64,000 nt of DNA from Candidatus Marinacidobacterium sp. (GTDB taxonomy: Bacteria; Acidobacteriota; Vicinamibacteria; Marinacidobacterales; Marinacidobacteraceae): positions 800,001 to 864,000 of the forward strand of contig OZ242011.1 in the NCBI GenBank assembly GCA_965204755.1, written 5' to 3'. The notes beneath the pieces were generated by a model. That model was not told the DNA's origin and did no database searches. It saw only the letters and a list, made by a program, of their open reading frames with translations. A program made the translations under genes and the position numbers. This document shows positions 1-9,352 of the stretch, in pieces. Every line of letters begins with the position of its first letter. Within the stretch, counting starts at the first letter, position 1.

Positions 1-65
1 GCCCTCGGGCCCGCGCCCCGCCGGGGCTCGGGCCGCTCTCCGGAAGCGTCGCGGCAGGCGGGCCG

Positions 66-851
66 ATGATTTCCTCGGTCGCGGCGCTCCTCGCCGCCCG
101 GCTGGCGGGAGGCGTCCTGATCGCCGGCGCGGTCATCGCGCTGCGCCATCCGGCGCCGCCGGCGTATACCCGGTTCCTCCTCGCCGGGGCCGGCGGGGCC
201 TTGGCGCTCGCCGCGGCCGCCGGCCGGAACCGCCCGGAGGCGGCGCTCCTCGTCGTCCTGGTCCTCGCGGTCGCGGGGCTTTGGGCGGCCTGCCGTCCGG
301 CGCCGGGACGGGAGTCGGGGCGGTTCGGGGACCGGCCGCGGCTGCTCGCGGCGCTCATGATCCTGCTGGGCTTGGCGGCCGCGCTCGCTTCGCCGGCCCT
401 CGGGGGCGGCCCGGCGCCGGCGAGCCTCACCGCCCTGGCCGGCGCGCTGCTCGCCGGCTCCACCGCCGCCACGATGACGCTCGGCCACTGGTACCTGGTG
501 GACACCGCGCTCTCGATCCGGCCGCTGGCCTCCGGGGCGGCGCTGTTCCTCGGCGCCGCCGGGCTCCGCGCCGCCGTCGCCGCCGGCTTCCTGGTCTCCG
601 GCGGATACCTCGCCCTCCGCCTCGGGTCGCCGGCGGACCTGATCTATTCCACCACCGCGCTCTTCTTCTCCTTCCGGACGGTCACCGGGCTCCTGGCCCC
701 GCTCACGCTGGCGGCGCTGGTGCGGGCCACCGTGCGCATCCGCTCCACCCAGTCCGCCACCGGCCTGCTCTATGTGGCGCTCATCCTGGTCCTGTTCGGG
801 GAACTCACCGCGATCTTCCTGGAACTCCTGACCGGCGGGGCGCTGGCGTGA
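66..851 (+). CDS. Multi-pass membrane protein of unknown function (LGHWYL motif)
   Basis: 261 aa with about 7-8 hydrophobic segments and a conserved-looking TMTLGHWYLV...RSTQSATGLLY core. The ATG overlaps a TGA (ATGA) that may end an upstream gene. Confidence 0.75.
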   Translation: MISSVAALLAARLAGGVLIAGAVIALRHPAPPAYTRFLLAGAGGALALAAAAGRNRPEAALLVVLVLAVAGLWAACRPAPGRESGRFGDRPRLLAALMILLGLAAALASPALGGGPAPASLTALAGALLAGSTAATMTLGHWYLVDTALSIRPLASGAALFLGAAGLRAAVAAGFLVSGGYLALRLGSPADLIYSTTALFFSFRTVTGLLAPLTLAALVRATVRIRSTQSATGLLYVALILVLFGELTAIFLELLTGGALA

Positions 852-891
852 GCCGGCCCTGTTTCGAGGGCGCGGGCGTATCGTTGCGCGG

Positions 892-2214
892 ATGACCGAG
901 TCCCGACGCTCCGATACCCCTCCGACCGCAGCCTCGGCCGGCCGGCGGCGTTTCCTCTCGCGGGCCGCCGCGCCGCTCGCGCTGTGGCCGCTGGTTCCGG
1001 TCGCCCGGCTGGCCGGCGGCGGCGAAGGCCGCCGGAACCAAACGGAGGCCGTCCCGGAGTGGGTGCGGCGCGCGCGGCGCGAAATCCCCGCCGCCGGCGA
1101 GAGCCGTTACTTCCAGACCGGCGGGATCGGCCCCTCTCCGGACGCGGTCATCTCCGAGGTCCGGGAGAAACTGGAATTCCAGAACCGGAGCCCGGCGGAC
1201 CCCCGTTACTCCGCGCCGATGGCGGAGGTCGAGCCGGCGCTGAGGGCGCAGTTGGCCCGGGTCTTCGGCGCCGGGGAAGACGAGGTCGCGCTGACCCACA
1301 GCACTTCCGAAGGCATCTCCATCGCCGCCTGGGGTTTGGACTGGCGGCCCGGAGACGAGGTGGTGATCTCGAACACGGAGCACCCGGCGAATGTGATTCC
1401 CTGGTATGTCCTGCGGGACCGGTTCGGCATCGGCATCCGGGTGATGGACCTCTCGCCGGGAACCGACCTGCTCGCGGAAGCGCGAAGGAACCTGACGCCC
1501 CGCGCGCGGATGCTGAGCGTCAGCCATGTCTCCCGGAACAACGGACGCCGGCTGCGCGCGGGAGAATCGGCGGAACTCGGCTCGCTGCTCCGGGCGCGGG
1601 GCATCCTCTACCACCTCGACGGCGCGCAGGGCCCGGGCGCGGTCCCCGTGAACTTCCGCGAACTGGGTTGCGACTGTTACTCCACCTGCGGGCACAAGTG
1701 GCTGCTCGGCCCCAAGGGAACCGGCGTGCTCTTCGCGCGGCGCGAGTCGCTCGACGCCGTGCAGTTGAGTTGGGCCGGCGCGCACAGCCACGCGGAGATG
1801 GACTACGAGGGCGGCTACCGCCTGTTGCCGAGCGCGGCGCGTTACGAGTTCGGCACCCGCGCGCTGGCGGACTTCGCCGGCTTCGGCCGGGCGGTGGAAT
1901 GGATGGAGTCGATCGGCTTCCGCCGGATCGAGGAACGCATCGCGGCGCTCGTGGACTACGCGGGCGAATCGGCCCGCCGCACCGGACGGCTCTCCGTCTC
2001 CTCCCCGGAAACCCCGGAAGACCGCTCCGGCGTCTTCGTCGTCCGGCTGCCGGAAGGCGCCGACGCGACCGCGCTCTACCGCCGTCTCGCGGAGGAGCGG
2101 CAAGTCCTCGGCTCCCCGGTGCGGCGGGAGCGCGACTTCCGGCTGTCCATCCACTTCTTCAACACGCGGGAAGAGATCGAGGCGGCGCTGGAAGCGATCG
2201 CGGCCTCGGTCTGA
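892..2214 (+). CDS. Class V PLP-dependent aminotransferase (CefD/SufS-like fold) with Tat signal peptide
   Basis: GRRRFLS twin-arginine leader, EHPAN, DGAQ and TCGHKWLLGPKGTG (PLP lysine), RYEFGT. No desulfurase catalytic Cys loop seen. Confidence 0.85.
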   Translation: MTESRRSDTPPTAASAGRRRFLSRAAAPLALWPLVPVARLAGGGEGRRNQTEAVPEWVRRARREIPAAGESRYFQTGGIGPSPDAVISEVREKLEFQNRSPADPRYSAPMAEVEPALRAQLARVFGAGEDEVALTHSTSEGISIAAWGLDWRPGDEVVISNTEHPANVIPWYVLRDRFGIGIRVMDLSPGTDLLAEARRNLTPRARMLSVSHVSRNNGRRLRAGESAELGSLLRARGILYHLDGAQGPGAVPVNFRELGCDCYSTCGHKWLLGPKGTGVLFARRESLDAVQLSWAGAHSHAEMDYEGGYRLLPSAARYEFGTRALADFAGFGRAVEWMESIGFRRIEERIAALVDYAGESARRTGRLSVSSPETPEDRSGVFVVRLPEGADATALYRRLAEERQVLGSPVRRERDFRLSIHFFNTREEIEAALEAIAASV

Positions 2215-2254
2215 ACGCGCGTTTCGCTCCGCTCGTTCCGGAAGGTTTCGGGAG

Positions 2255-2722
2255 GTGGCCGGACGAAGCCCGGAAGTCGGCTTCTACTGCGACGGGTGCG
2301 ACCGCTATTCCACCTGGACTCCGCCTTTCGAGTCCGGCGACGACGCCTGCTCGCATTGCGGACGCGCCAATCCCCCGGAGGAGGCCGCGCGGGAGATCCC
2401 GGCCGGGGCGGGCGCCGGACTCGGCGACTGCCTCCAGTGCGGCAACCCGGAGATGTACCGGAAGAAGGATGTGCCGCAACAGGTCGGTTGCGCCGTCGTG
2501 CTGGGCGCCGTGGCGCTCTCCACCGCCGCTTACGCGGTATGGGACTTTCCCGGCGCCTTCGCCGTCTTCGCCTCCGTCGCCCTGCTCGACTTCCTGATCT
2601 ACCGCCGACTCGGCGAAGTCGTCGTCTGCTACCGCTGCCACGCCGAGTTCCGAAGATTCTCCGCCGACCCGCGCCACGGCGCGTTCGACATGCACCGCGC
2701 CGAAGAATACGAAGCCGAGTGA
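2255..2722 (+). CDS. Zinc-ribbon membrane protein
   Basis: Four CxxC pairs (CDGC, CSHC, CLQC, CYRC), with two TM helices between the third and fourth pair. Confidence 0.7.
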   Translation: MAGRSPEVGFYCDGCDRYSTWTPPFESGDDACSHCGRANPPEEAAREIPAGAGAGLGDCLQCGNPEMYRKKDVPQQVGCAVVLGAVALSTAAYAVWDFPGAFAVFASVALLDFLIYRRLGEVVVCYRCHAEFRRFSADPRHGAFDMHRAEEYEAE

Positions 2723-2879
2723 CCGCGCGACCGGCGGCGCGGAGGGGCCGCCCGACGGCCGAAGGACACCGGCGAAGGACACCGGCGAAGGAACGCCGGG
2801 AGTCGGCGTTAGTCTCCCCGCCCGCCGCCGTCCTTCCTCCGCTCGACCGAAGCGCCGGCCGCGAGCATTCCTCCCCGCC

Positions 2880-4097
2880 ATGTCCGTCCAGGTCTTCCAG
2901 AGTCCGCGGGCGCAGACCGAGCCGATCCCGGTCAACGCCGACACCAATCCGGTCAGCGTCCTCTCCGCCGACGAGCGGCTCCACTTCGCCGCCGCGCACG
3001 AAGTGGCCCTGGGCGAAGTGGCGCCCCGGAGCCGCGAGATGGAGCGGGCCGGCGAGATCCCGCCGGACCTGGTGGGGACGCTCGCCCGCTACGGTTTCTT
3101 CGGGGTGGCCGCGCCGGAACAGGTCGGCGGCAGCGGCCTCGACTTCTTCGGGGTCGTCCTCACGGTGGAGGCGCTCGCGCGGGCGGACGCCGCCGTGGCG
3201 CTGCTGGTGGATGTGCACAACACGCTCCTGGTGGGCGCGCTGAACGGTTTCGGAAGCGAAGAGCAGCGGCGGCGGCTTTTGCCGGCGGTCGCCCGCGACC
3301 GGATCGGCGCCTTCTCGCTCTCGGAGGCCGAGTCGGGGAGCGACGCCTTCGCGCTCCGCGCGCTGGCCCGGCGAACCGAAGGCGGCTTCTCGCTGAACGG
3401 GAGCAAGGCCTGGGTTTCGGGAGCGGCGCAGGCAGACCTGTTCCTCGTCTTCGCCCGGAACGAGGACGCGGGCGCAGCGGCCGACCGCGCCATCACCGGT
3501 TTCCTCGTGGAACGCTCGAATCCCGGCCTGGAGGTCGGGCCGCCGGAGAAGAAGGTGGGCCTCAAGGCGTCGAGCACCTGTCCGCTCTTCCTGAAGGACG
3601 CATTCGTTCCCGACGACATGGTGCTCGGTGAAGTCGGCGCCGGAAAGCGGATCGCGCTCTCGCTGCTCAACGAAGGCCGCATCGGCATCGCCGCGCAACT
3701 CGTCGGCATCGGCCAGGCGGCCCTGGACCTCGCCGTTTCCTACGCCGGGAAACGGCGGGCGTTCGGCAAACCCATCGGGGCGAACCAGGGCGTCCGGTTT
3801 TCGCTCGCCGACGCCGCGGCGGAAGTGGAGACGGCGCGCCTCCTCACCTGGAACGCCGCCCGGTTGGTGGACCAGGGCAACGAGGTGCGCTACGCCGCGG
3901 CGATGGCCAAACTGCGGGCGCAGCGCATGGCGGAAGCGGTGACTTCCCTCGCGGTCGAAATCCACGGAGGCGTCGGCTACACCGAGGACTGCCTCGCGGA
4001 GAAACTCTGGCGCGACGCCAAGGCCGGAACGATCTACGAAGGCACCGAAAACATCCAGTTGCTCACCATCGCCCACGGCCTCGGCCTGGACGAGTAA
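2880..4097 (+). CDS. Acyl-CoA dehydrogenase (short/branched-chain type)
   Basis: FSLSEAESGSDA, LNGSKAWVS, GRIGIAAQ, RRAFGKPI, IHGGVGY, IYEGTENIQ. Confidence 0.93.
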   Translation: MSVQVFQSPRAQTEPIPVNADTNPVSVLSADERLHFAAAHEVALGEVAPRSREMERAGEIPPDLVGTLARYGFFGVAAPEQVGGSGLDFFGVVLTVEALARADAAVALLVDVHNTLLVGALNGFGSEEQRRRLLPAVARDRIGAFSLSEAESGSDAFALRALARRTEGGFSLNGSKAWVSGAAQADLFLVFARNEDAGAAADRAITGFLVERSNPGLEVGPPEKKVGLKASSTCPLFLKDAFVPDDMVLGEVGAGKRIALSLLNEGRIGIAAQLVGIGQAALDLAVSYAGKRRAFGKPIGANQGVRFSLADAAAEVETARLLTWNAARLVDQGNEVRYAAAMAKLRAQRMAEAVTSLAVEIHGGVGYTEDCLAEKLWRDAKAGTIYEGTENIQLLTIAHGLGLDE

Positions 4098-4151
4098 CGC
4101 CGGCGGCGGCGACTACCGGCAGCGGCGACTACCGGCAGCGCCGCCGACCGG

Positions 4152-5639
4152 CTACGCGTCGGCCTTCGCCAGGGAAGCGGCGGTCTCGCGGATCGCCGCC
4201 CAGGCGTCCAGCACCTGTTCGCGCCGGGTATGGGTCTGCCCGACGACCAGGCGGAGGGCCACCCCTGCCGGAACCCGGGTATGGGTCAGGTAGAGCCGGC
4301 CGGAGCGGTTCAGGGTCTCCATCAGTCGAAGGTTGAAGTCGTCGAGCGAGCGGCGTCCGGCGTCGGACGGCTCGCCGCCCTTCCCCGGGGGAGCGGCAAG
4401 AAGAGCGCGGAAGGTCACCTGGTTCAGCGGCGCCGGAGCGAGCGACTCGAATCTCTCGTCCTCCCCGACCCGCTTCGCGAACTCCTGTCCGAGGGCCACA
4501 TGCTCCCGGAGATGGCGGCGGAGCCCCTCGGCGCCGTAGTGGCGGAGGACCAGCCAGAGTTTCAGCGCCCGGAACCGGCGGCCGAGCGGGATATGCCAGT
4601 CGCGGTAGTCGATTACGCCACCGGCTTCCGAAGCCCGGTTCTTCAGGTATTCGGGCGTCACCGAAAGCGTTTCGGTGAGCGCGCGGCGGTCGCGCACCCA
4701 GAAGGCGTCGCAGTCGAAGTTGGTGAACAGCCACTTGTGCGGGTTGAAACAGTAAGAGTCGGCGAACTCCACCCCGGCCTGCAGGTACCGGAACTCCGGA
4801 CACAGGAACGCCGCGCCGGCCATGGCGGCGTCCACATGGAGCCACAGTCCGTGTTCCTTCGCGATCGGCCCGATCTCCGCCAGCGGATCGAACGCGCCGG
4901 TCCCGGTGGTCCCGAGCGTCGCCGCGACGAAACAGGGGATCTTCCCGGCGGCCCGGTCGGCGCGCAGCAACTCGGCGAACGCCTCCGGGCGGGCGGCCCG
5001 GGTCTCCGGGTCCGCCGGGATCGAGCGCAGGTTCTCGCTGCCGAGGCCGGCGATCCGGACCGCTTTCAACAGCGAGGAGTGCGATTCCTCCGAGCCGTAA
5101 GCGACGAGCGGTGCCCGGACCCCGATCCGGTTGGACTCGAACCCGGTGGCCCGTTCCCGGGCGGCGAGCAGGGCGGTGAGCGTCGCCGAGGAGGCGGTGT
5201 CCTGGATCACGCCGCCGCCGGCGCCGTCCGAGCGGAACGCGGCCGGGAGATCGAGGAGTTCCGCCAGCCAGTCGAGGACCAGCGTCTCCAGTTCCGTCGC
5301 GGCCGGGCTGGTCGCCCAGAGCATCCCGTTGACCCCGATCCCGGCGGAGAGCAGTTCCCCGAGCACCGACGGCCCGGAGTTGTTCGACGGGAAGAACCCG
5401 AAGAAACTGGGATGCTGCCAGTGGAGCAGGCCCGGCGCGACGACCCGGTCGAGGTCGGCGAGGACCGCCTCGAAGGGCTCGCCGCGCTCCGGCGGATGCT
5501 CCGGCAGCAGCGCCCGGATCTCGCCCGGACGGACGGAGGGCGCCACCGGGAGGTCGCCGACCCGCCGCCAGTAGTCGGCGATCCAGTCGAGGACGGCGCG
5601 CCCGGCGGCGGCGAACTCCTCCGGGGTCTGGTGGTTCAC
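4152..5639 (-). CDS. Aromatic-L-amino-acid decarboxylase (group II PLP decarboxylase)
   Basis: HWQHPSFFGFFP, SPAATELE, HVDAA, NPHKWL, DYRDWHIPLGRRFRALKLW. Confidence 0.92.
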   Translation of the reverse strand: MNHQTPEEFAAAGRAVLDWIADYWRRVGDLPVAPSVRPGEIRALLPEHPPERGEPFEAVLADLDRVVAPGLLHWQHPSFFGFFPSNNSGPSVLGELLSAGIGVNGMLWATSPAATELETLVLDWLAELLDLPAAFRSDGAGGGVIQDTASSATLTALLAARERATGFESNRIGVRAPLVAYGSEESHSSLLKAVRIAGLGSENLRSIPADPETRAARPEAFAELLRADRAAGKIPCFVAATLGTTGTGAFDPLAEIGPIAKEHGLWLHVDAAMAGAAFLCPEFRYLQAGVEFADSYCFNPHKWLFTNFDCDAFWVRDRRALTETLSVTPEYLKNRASEAGGVIDYRDWHIPLGRRFRALKLWLVLRHYGAEGLRRHLREHVALGQEFAKRVGEDERFESLAPAPLNQVTFRALLAAPPGKGGEPSDAGRRSLDDFNLRLMETLNRSGRLYLTHTRVPAGVALRLVVGQTHTRREQVLDAWAAIRETAASLAKADA

Positions 5640-5696
5640 GGGTCGGAACTCTCCGGACGGTCGACGCCGACGCGGGCGCGGCGCTCCGCCCGCCGC

Positions 5697-6026
5697 TTAT
5701 CGGTCGAGCCGGTCGATCTTGGCCGCGAGGATGAAGTCGCTCTCGGTGAGCCCGTCCACCTTGTGGGTCCAGGTGCGGACTTCCACCCTCCCCCAGGCGA
5801 CGAGGAGGTCCGGGTGGTGCCCTTCCGCCTCGGCTACGGCGCCCACCCGGTTGGCGAAGGCCAGCGCCCCGGCGAAGTCGGGGAACTCGAACTTGCGGGA
5901 GATGTCGTGGTGGTTCCGGTGGGTCCACCCCTCGACTTCCCGCAGGTAGCGCTCGACTTCGGCCGGCTGGAGGGGGGGCACGCCGCCCCGGCAGGGAACG
6001 CAGTTCCGACTCGCCAGTTCGCTCAT
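5697..6026 (-). CDS. phhB: Pterin-4-alpha-carbinolamine dehydratase
   Basis: CVPCRGG, AEAEGHHPD, WTHKVDGLTESDFILAAKID. Confidence 0.93.
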   Translation of the reverse strand: MSELASRNCVPCRGGVPPLQPAEVERYLREVEGWTHRNHHDISRKFEFPDFAGALAFANRVGAVAEAEGHHPDLLVAWGRVEVRTWTHKVDGLTESDFILAAKIDRLDR

Positions 6027-6042
6027 CCCGGAATTATGTAGC

Positions 6043-6104
6043 GGCGCTGCCGGGCAGGATCGCGGCGCTGCCGGGCAGGATCGCGGCGCTGCCGGGCGGG
6101 ATCG
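6043..6104. repeat. Intergenic 21-bp tandem repeat x3
   Basis: CGGCGCTGCCGGGC(A/G)GGATCG repeated three times just upstream of the phhB -10 box. Confidence 0.85.
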
Positions 6105-6122
6105 CCGCGCCGCGCAGGCCGT

Positions 6123-7397
6123 TCACAGGTCGAGCAGCAGCGCGGCGAGGAGCGCGGCCCGGCGCGGGAGGTCCGAGACCACCACCCGCTCGTGCTCCGC
6201 GTGGGCGCCGTCGCCGAGCGGGCCGAGCCCGTCGAGCACCGGGACGCCGAGGCCGGCGAGGATGTTGCCGTCCGAGCCGCCCCCGGCGGCGCCCTCGGGA
6301 AGGGCCCAGTCGAGGACCGCGGCCAGGCGCCGGGCGGCGCCGTAGAGGCGGAGGACCTCCCCGGAGCGCGTCAGCGGCGGCCGGTTCACGCCGCCGCTCC
6401 AGAGCGCCCGGGCGTCCGGATGCTTCGGACGCAGCGCCCGCAGCCGGCGCAGGAGCAACTCCCCGGCCTCCGGGTCGTCCATCCGCAGGTCGAGGTCCGC
6501 CGAGGCCTCCGCCGGAACCACATTCGTGCGCGTGCCGCCGCGGACCAGCCCCACATTCACCGTGACCCCGGCGGCGGGGTCGGAGAGCGCCGCCGCTTCG
6601 AGGGCCAGCCGGGAGAGTTCGAGGATGGCGTTCACCCCGCGCTCCGGGTCGAGTCCGGCGTGCGCCGCCCGCCCGGTGACTTCCACCCGGAGCAGCCCCA
6701 CCCCGCGCCGCGAGGTCTTCACGCCGCCGCCGGGAAGCGACGGCTCCATGACCAGCCCGGCCGCCGCCCGGCGCCCTTCCCGCTCCAGGAGGGCCCGGCT
6801 GGCCTGGCTGCCGGCCTCTTCGTCGGTGTTCCAGAGGACGGTCAGCGGGCGGCTCGGCTGCCGGCCGGCGGCGTCGAGCGCCCGGAGCGCCCAGATGGTC
6901 TGGACCAGCCCGGCCTTCATGTCATAGACGCCGGGGCCGGTCGCGGCGCCCCGCTCGATCCGCCACGGAAGCCGCGCCAGCGTGCCGTGGGCCCAGACGG
7001 TGTCCACATGGCCGAGGAGCAGCAGCGGGGCGGCGTCCGCCCGGCGGCCGGGGAGCCGGACCAGCCGGTGGGGGCCGCGCTCGGGCATTCCGGGAACGGC
7101 GGCGGCGGGGACGGCTTCGCTCTCGGCGTCGGCGAGGAAGCCCCCGCCCCCGGCGTGGAAGCCCCCGCCCCCGGCAAGGAGTTCGCCGACGGCCTCCTCG
7201 CCCATGCGGGCGGTGGCCCGCGGATCGTCCGTCGGGGACTCGATGGAGACGAATCTCCCCAGCATCGCCTCCATGCCGGAGGCGCGTTCCGCGAGCCAGG
7301 CGGCCAGCCCGGCGATGCATTCCGAGCCGGCGGCGTTCTCCAAACCGGCGGCGCTCTCCGACCCGGCGGCCGGCCCCGGTTCGGAACCGGCCGCCAT
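6123..7397 (-). CDS. M20 family metallopeptidase (carboxypeptidase G2-like)
   Basis: GHVDTV, GPGVYDMKAG, DEEAGS, MEP, AHAG, GGGSDGN, GAHAEHE. Confidence 0.9.
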   Translation of the reverse strand: MAAGSEPGPAAGSESAAGLENAAGSECIAGLAAWLAERASGMEAMLGRFVSIESPTDDPRATARMGEEAVGELLAGGGGFHAGGGGFLADAESEAVPAAAVPGMPERGPHRLVRLPGRRADAAPLLLLGHVDTVWAHGTLARLPWRIERGAATGPGVYDMKAGLVQTIWALRALDAAGRQPSRPLTVLWNTDEEAGSQASRALLEREGRRAAAGLVMEPSLPGGGVKTSRRGVGLLRVEVTGRAAHAGLDPERGVNAILELSRLALEAAALSDPAAGVTVNVGLVRGGTRTNVVPAEASADLDLRMDDPEAGELLLRRLRALRPKHPDARALWSGGVNRPPLTRSGEVLRLYGAARRLAAVLDWALPEGAAGGGSDGNILAGLGVPVLDGLGPLGDGAHAEHERVVVSDLPRRAALLAALLLDL

Positions 7398-7410
7398 GCC
7401 CTCGTCCGGG

Positions 7411-9135
7411 TTACTGGACGACTTGGGCCCTCACTTCCTTCAGCACGGCGAGCCGCTCCGCCAGGGTCGGGTCCGCCGATCCCATCCCCGCGGCCTTCTC
7501 GTAGTGCGCCGCCGCGTTGTCCACCCGCTCGTAGTCCGCCGCGCTGGCCGGGCAGCCCACTCCGGCGGCGGTCATCCGTTCGCCGAAACCGGCGTCCTTC
7601 AACCGGCAGGGGCCGTACTGCACCTGCGCCACTTCGGTCCAGGCGAGCATCCGGAACGGCTCGCCCCAAGTCGGCAGCGCCTCCGCCGCGGCGTTGAACT
7701 CGCCCTGCGCCCCGGCGAAGTCGTTCGTGCCCATGTATCCCTGACCGAGCGCGTAGTGCGCGAGCCCGAGATCGTTCGGGTCGCCGTCCTCGGGGAAGTT
7801 CGGGATCCCCTTCTGGAGTTGGGGCACCGCTTCCGCCACCTGCTGGTTGGAGAAGAGCGCGATCCCGTACTCGACGGCCGCGGACGGGTCTTCCGGAGCG
7901 GCCTCGACCGCCTTCTGCGCGGCGGCCAGCGCCCCGGCCACATCCTGGGACTGGCGGAGATGGCGCGCCTGCTGGTGGTAGGCCCGGCCGACCCCGGCCA
8001 TCGCGTCCTCCGACTCCGGATTCGCCGAGCGCGCTTCCTCCATGTGGGTCACCGCCGAGTCGAATTCCCGCGCCTCGATGGCGAACTCGCCGAGCGCCAG
8101 GTGCGCTTCCGCCCGGGCGCTCGGGGGCGAGTTGTCGAGCGCGACCACCCGCTGGTAGTAGGACTGCGCCTGGGAGGCGTTCCCCTGGGCCTCGTACACC
8201 TGGGCGAAGGCGAGGTTCGCGGCCGGGTCCTCGGCGTTGACGGTGATCGCCATGGCCAGGTCGCCGTAGGCCTCGGCCTGGTTGCCGAGGGCGTTGTTCG
8301 CGAGGCCGCGGATCCCGTAGGCCGAGGTCAACTGGTCGTTCCGGTCGAGCGCCTCGGTGGCCGACGCCACCGCCCGCTCGAAGTCCTCGCGGTCGAAGTA
8401 GATCTGGGCCAGCCCGGCGTGGGCGCGCGCGGTCTCCGGGTCGAGTTCGACGGCGCGGAGGAAGGACTGTTCCGCCGCGTCGGTGTCCCCGCCGGCGACG
8501 GACGCCTGCCCCAGCGTCGAGTGCGCCACGGCGCTGTCCGGGTCGAGTTCGAGCGCCCGGCGCGCCATGTCCGCCGCTTCGGCGAACTCCTCCTGCCGGG
8601 CCAGGCTGGCGCCCAGCGAGAGGTAGATGGCGGGGTCCGGGTTCGGGTTCAACTCCAGGACTTTCCGCCCGGCCTCGATGACCTGGAGGTCGTCCTCCAT
8701 CATCGAATAGGCGGCGGTCATCTCGGTCCACGCCTCGAGGACTTCGTCCGCATCCTCGAGCCCTTCGAGGGCCATCGAGTACGAAGTCGCCACATTTTCC
8801 CATTCCCCGAACTGCCGGTACACGCGGGCGAGTTCGAGGCGGACATCGTGCCGATCCGGATAGTCCTCGAGCACCCGGAGGAACCAGCCCCCGGCCTGGC
8901 TGAGGGCGGCCTGCTCCGCCTCCGCGTCCCCGTCGCGCGCCGCTTTTTCGGCGTCGTCGAGGAAGTCCTCGGCGAGATCCAGGGCGCGGGAGACCTCGCG
9001 CCGGGTGAGCGGCTCGCGCTCTTCCTCCTCCTGGGCGAAGCCCGGAGCGGCGACGGCGGCGAGGACGAAGCCGGAGACGGCGAAGAGGCGCAGTCGGCGC
9101 AGGGCGTGGGCGGCGAGCCCGGTCACATCAGACAT
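7411..9135 (-). CDS. Exported tetratricopeptide-repeat protein
   Basis: Start refined to ATG 9135 (GGAGG 5 nt upstream). Signal peptide ending APGFA|QEE, then many TPR-like helices (ALELDPDSAVAH, AVELDPETARAH). Confidence 0.85.
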   Translation of the reverse strand: MSDVTGLAAHALRRLRLFAVSGFVLAAVAAPGFAQEEEEREPLTRREVSRALDLAEDFLDDAEKAARDGDAEAEQAALSQAGGWFLRVLEDYPDRHDVRLELARVYRQFGEWENVATSYSMALEGLEDADEVLEAWTEMTAAYSMMEDDLQVIEAGRKVLELNPNPDPAIYLSLGASLARQEEFAEAADMARRALELDPDSAVAHSTLGQASVAGGDTDAAEQSFLRAVELDPETARAHAGLAQIYFDREDFERAVASATEALDRNDQLTSAYGIRGLANNALGNQAEAYGDLAMAITVNAEDPAANLAFAQVYEAQGNASQAQSYYQRVVALDNSPPSARAEAHLALGEFAIEAREFDSAVTHMEEARSANPESEDAMAGVGRAYHQQARHLRQSQDVAGALAAAQKAVEAAPEDPSAAVEYGIALFSNQQVAEAVPQLQKGIPNFPEDGDPNDLGLAHYALGQGYMGTNDFAGAQGEFNAAAEALPTWGEPFRMLAWTEVAQVQYGPCRLKDAGFGERMTAAGVGCPASAADYERVDNAAAHYEKAAGMGSADPTLAERLAVLKEVRAQVVQ

Positions 9136-9352
9136 GGAAACCTCCGCGGAAACCTCGGCGGGACTGCCGGTGGAGGGCCAGCCCGCCGAAGCATCGTAGA
9201 ACAGCCGGGAGATTCCGGCAACTTGCCTCCGGGCGCGTTCGGTTCGGTCGGGCGATCCGGCCGCGGCGGCGGCTCTCCCGGATTCACCTTTCGCCGCGTC
9301 CGGTGGGCGGCGACCGGACTCGCCGCCCCCACTCCGTATAGTCCCGCCCGCT

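Noticed and set aside
6043-6104. Short intergenic repeats as a mini-CRISPR or iterons
   Set aside because: Directly adjacent copies without spacers and no rep gene nearby.
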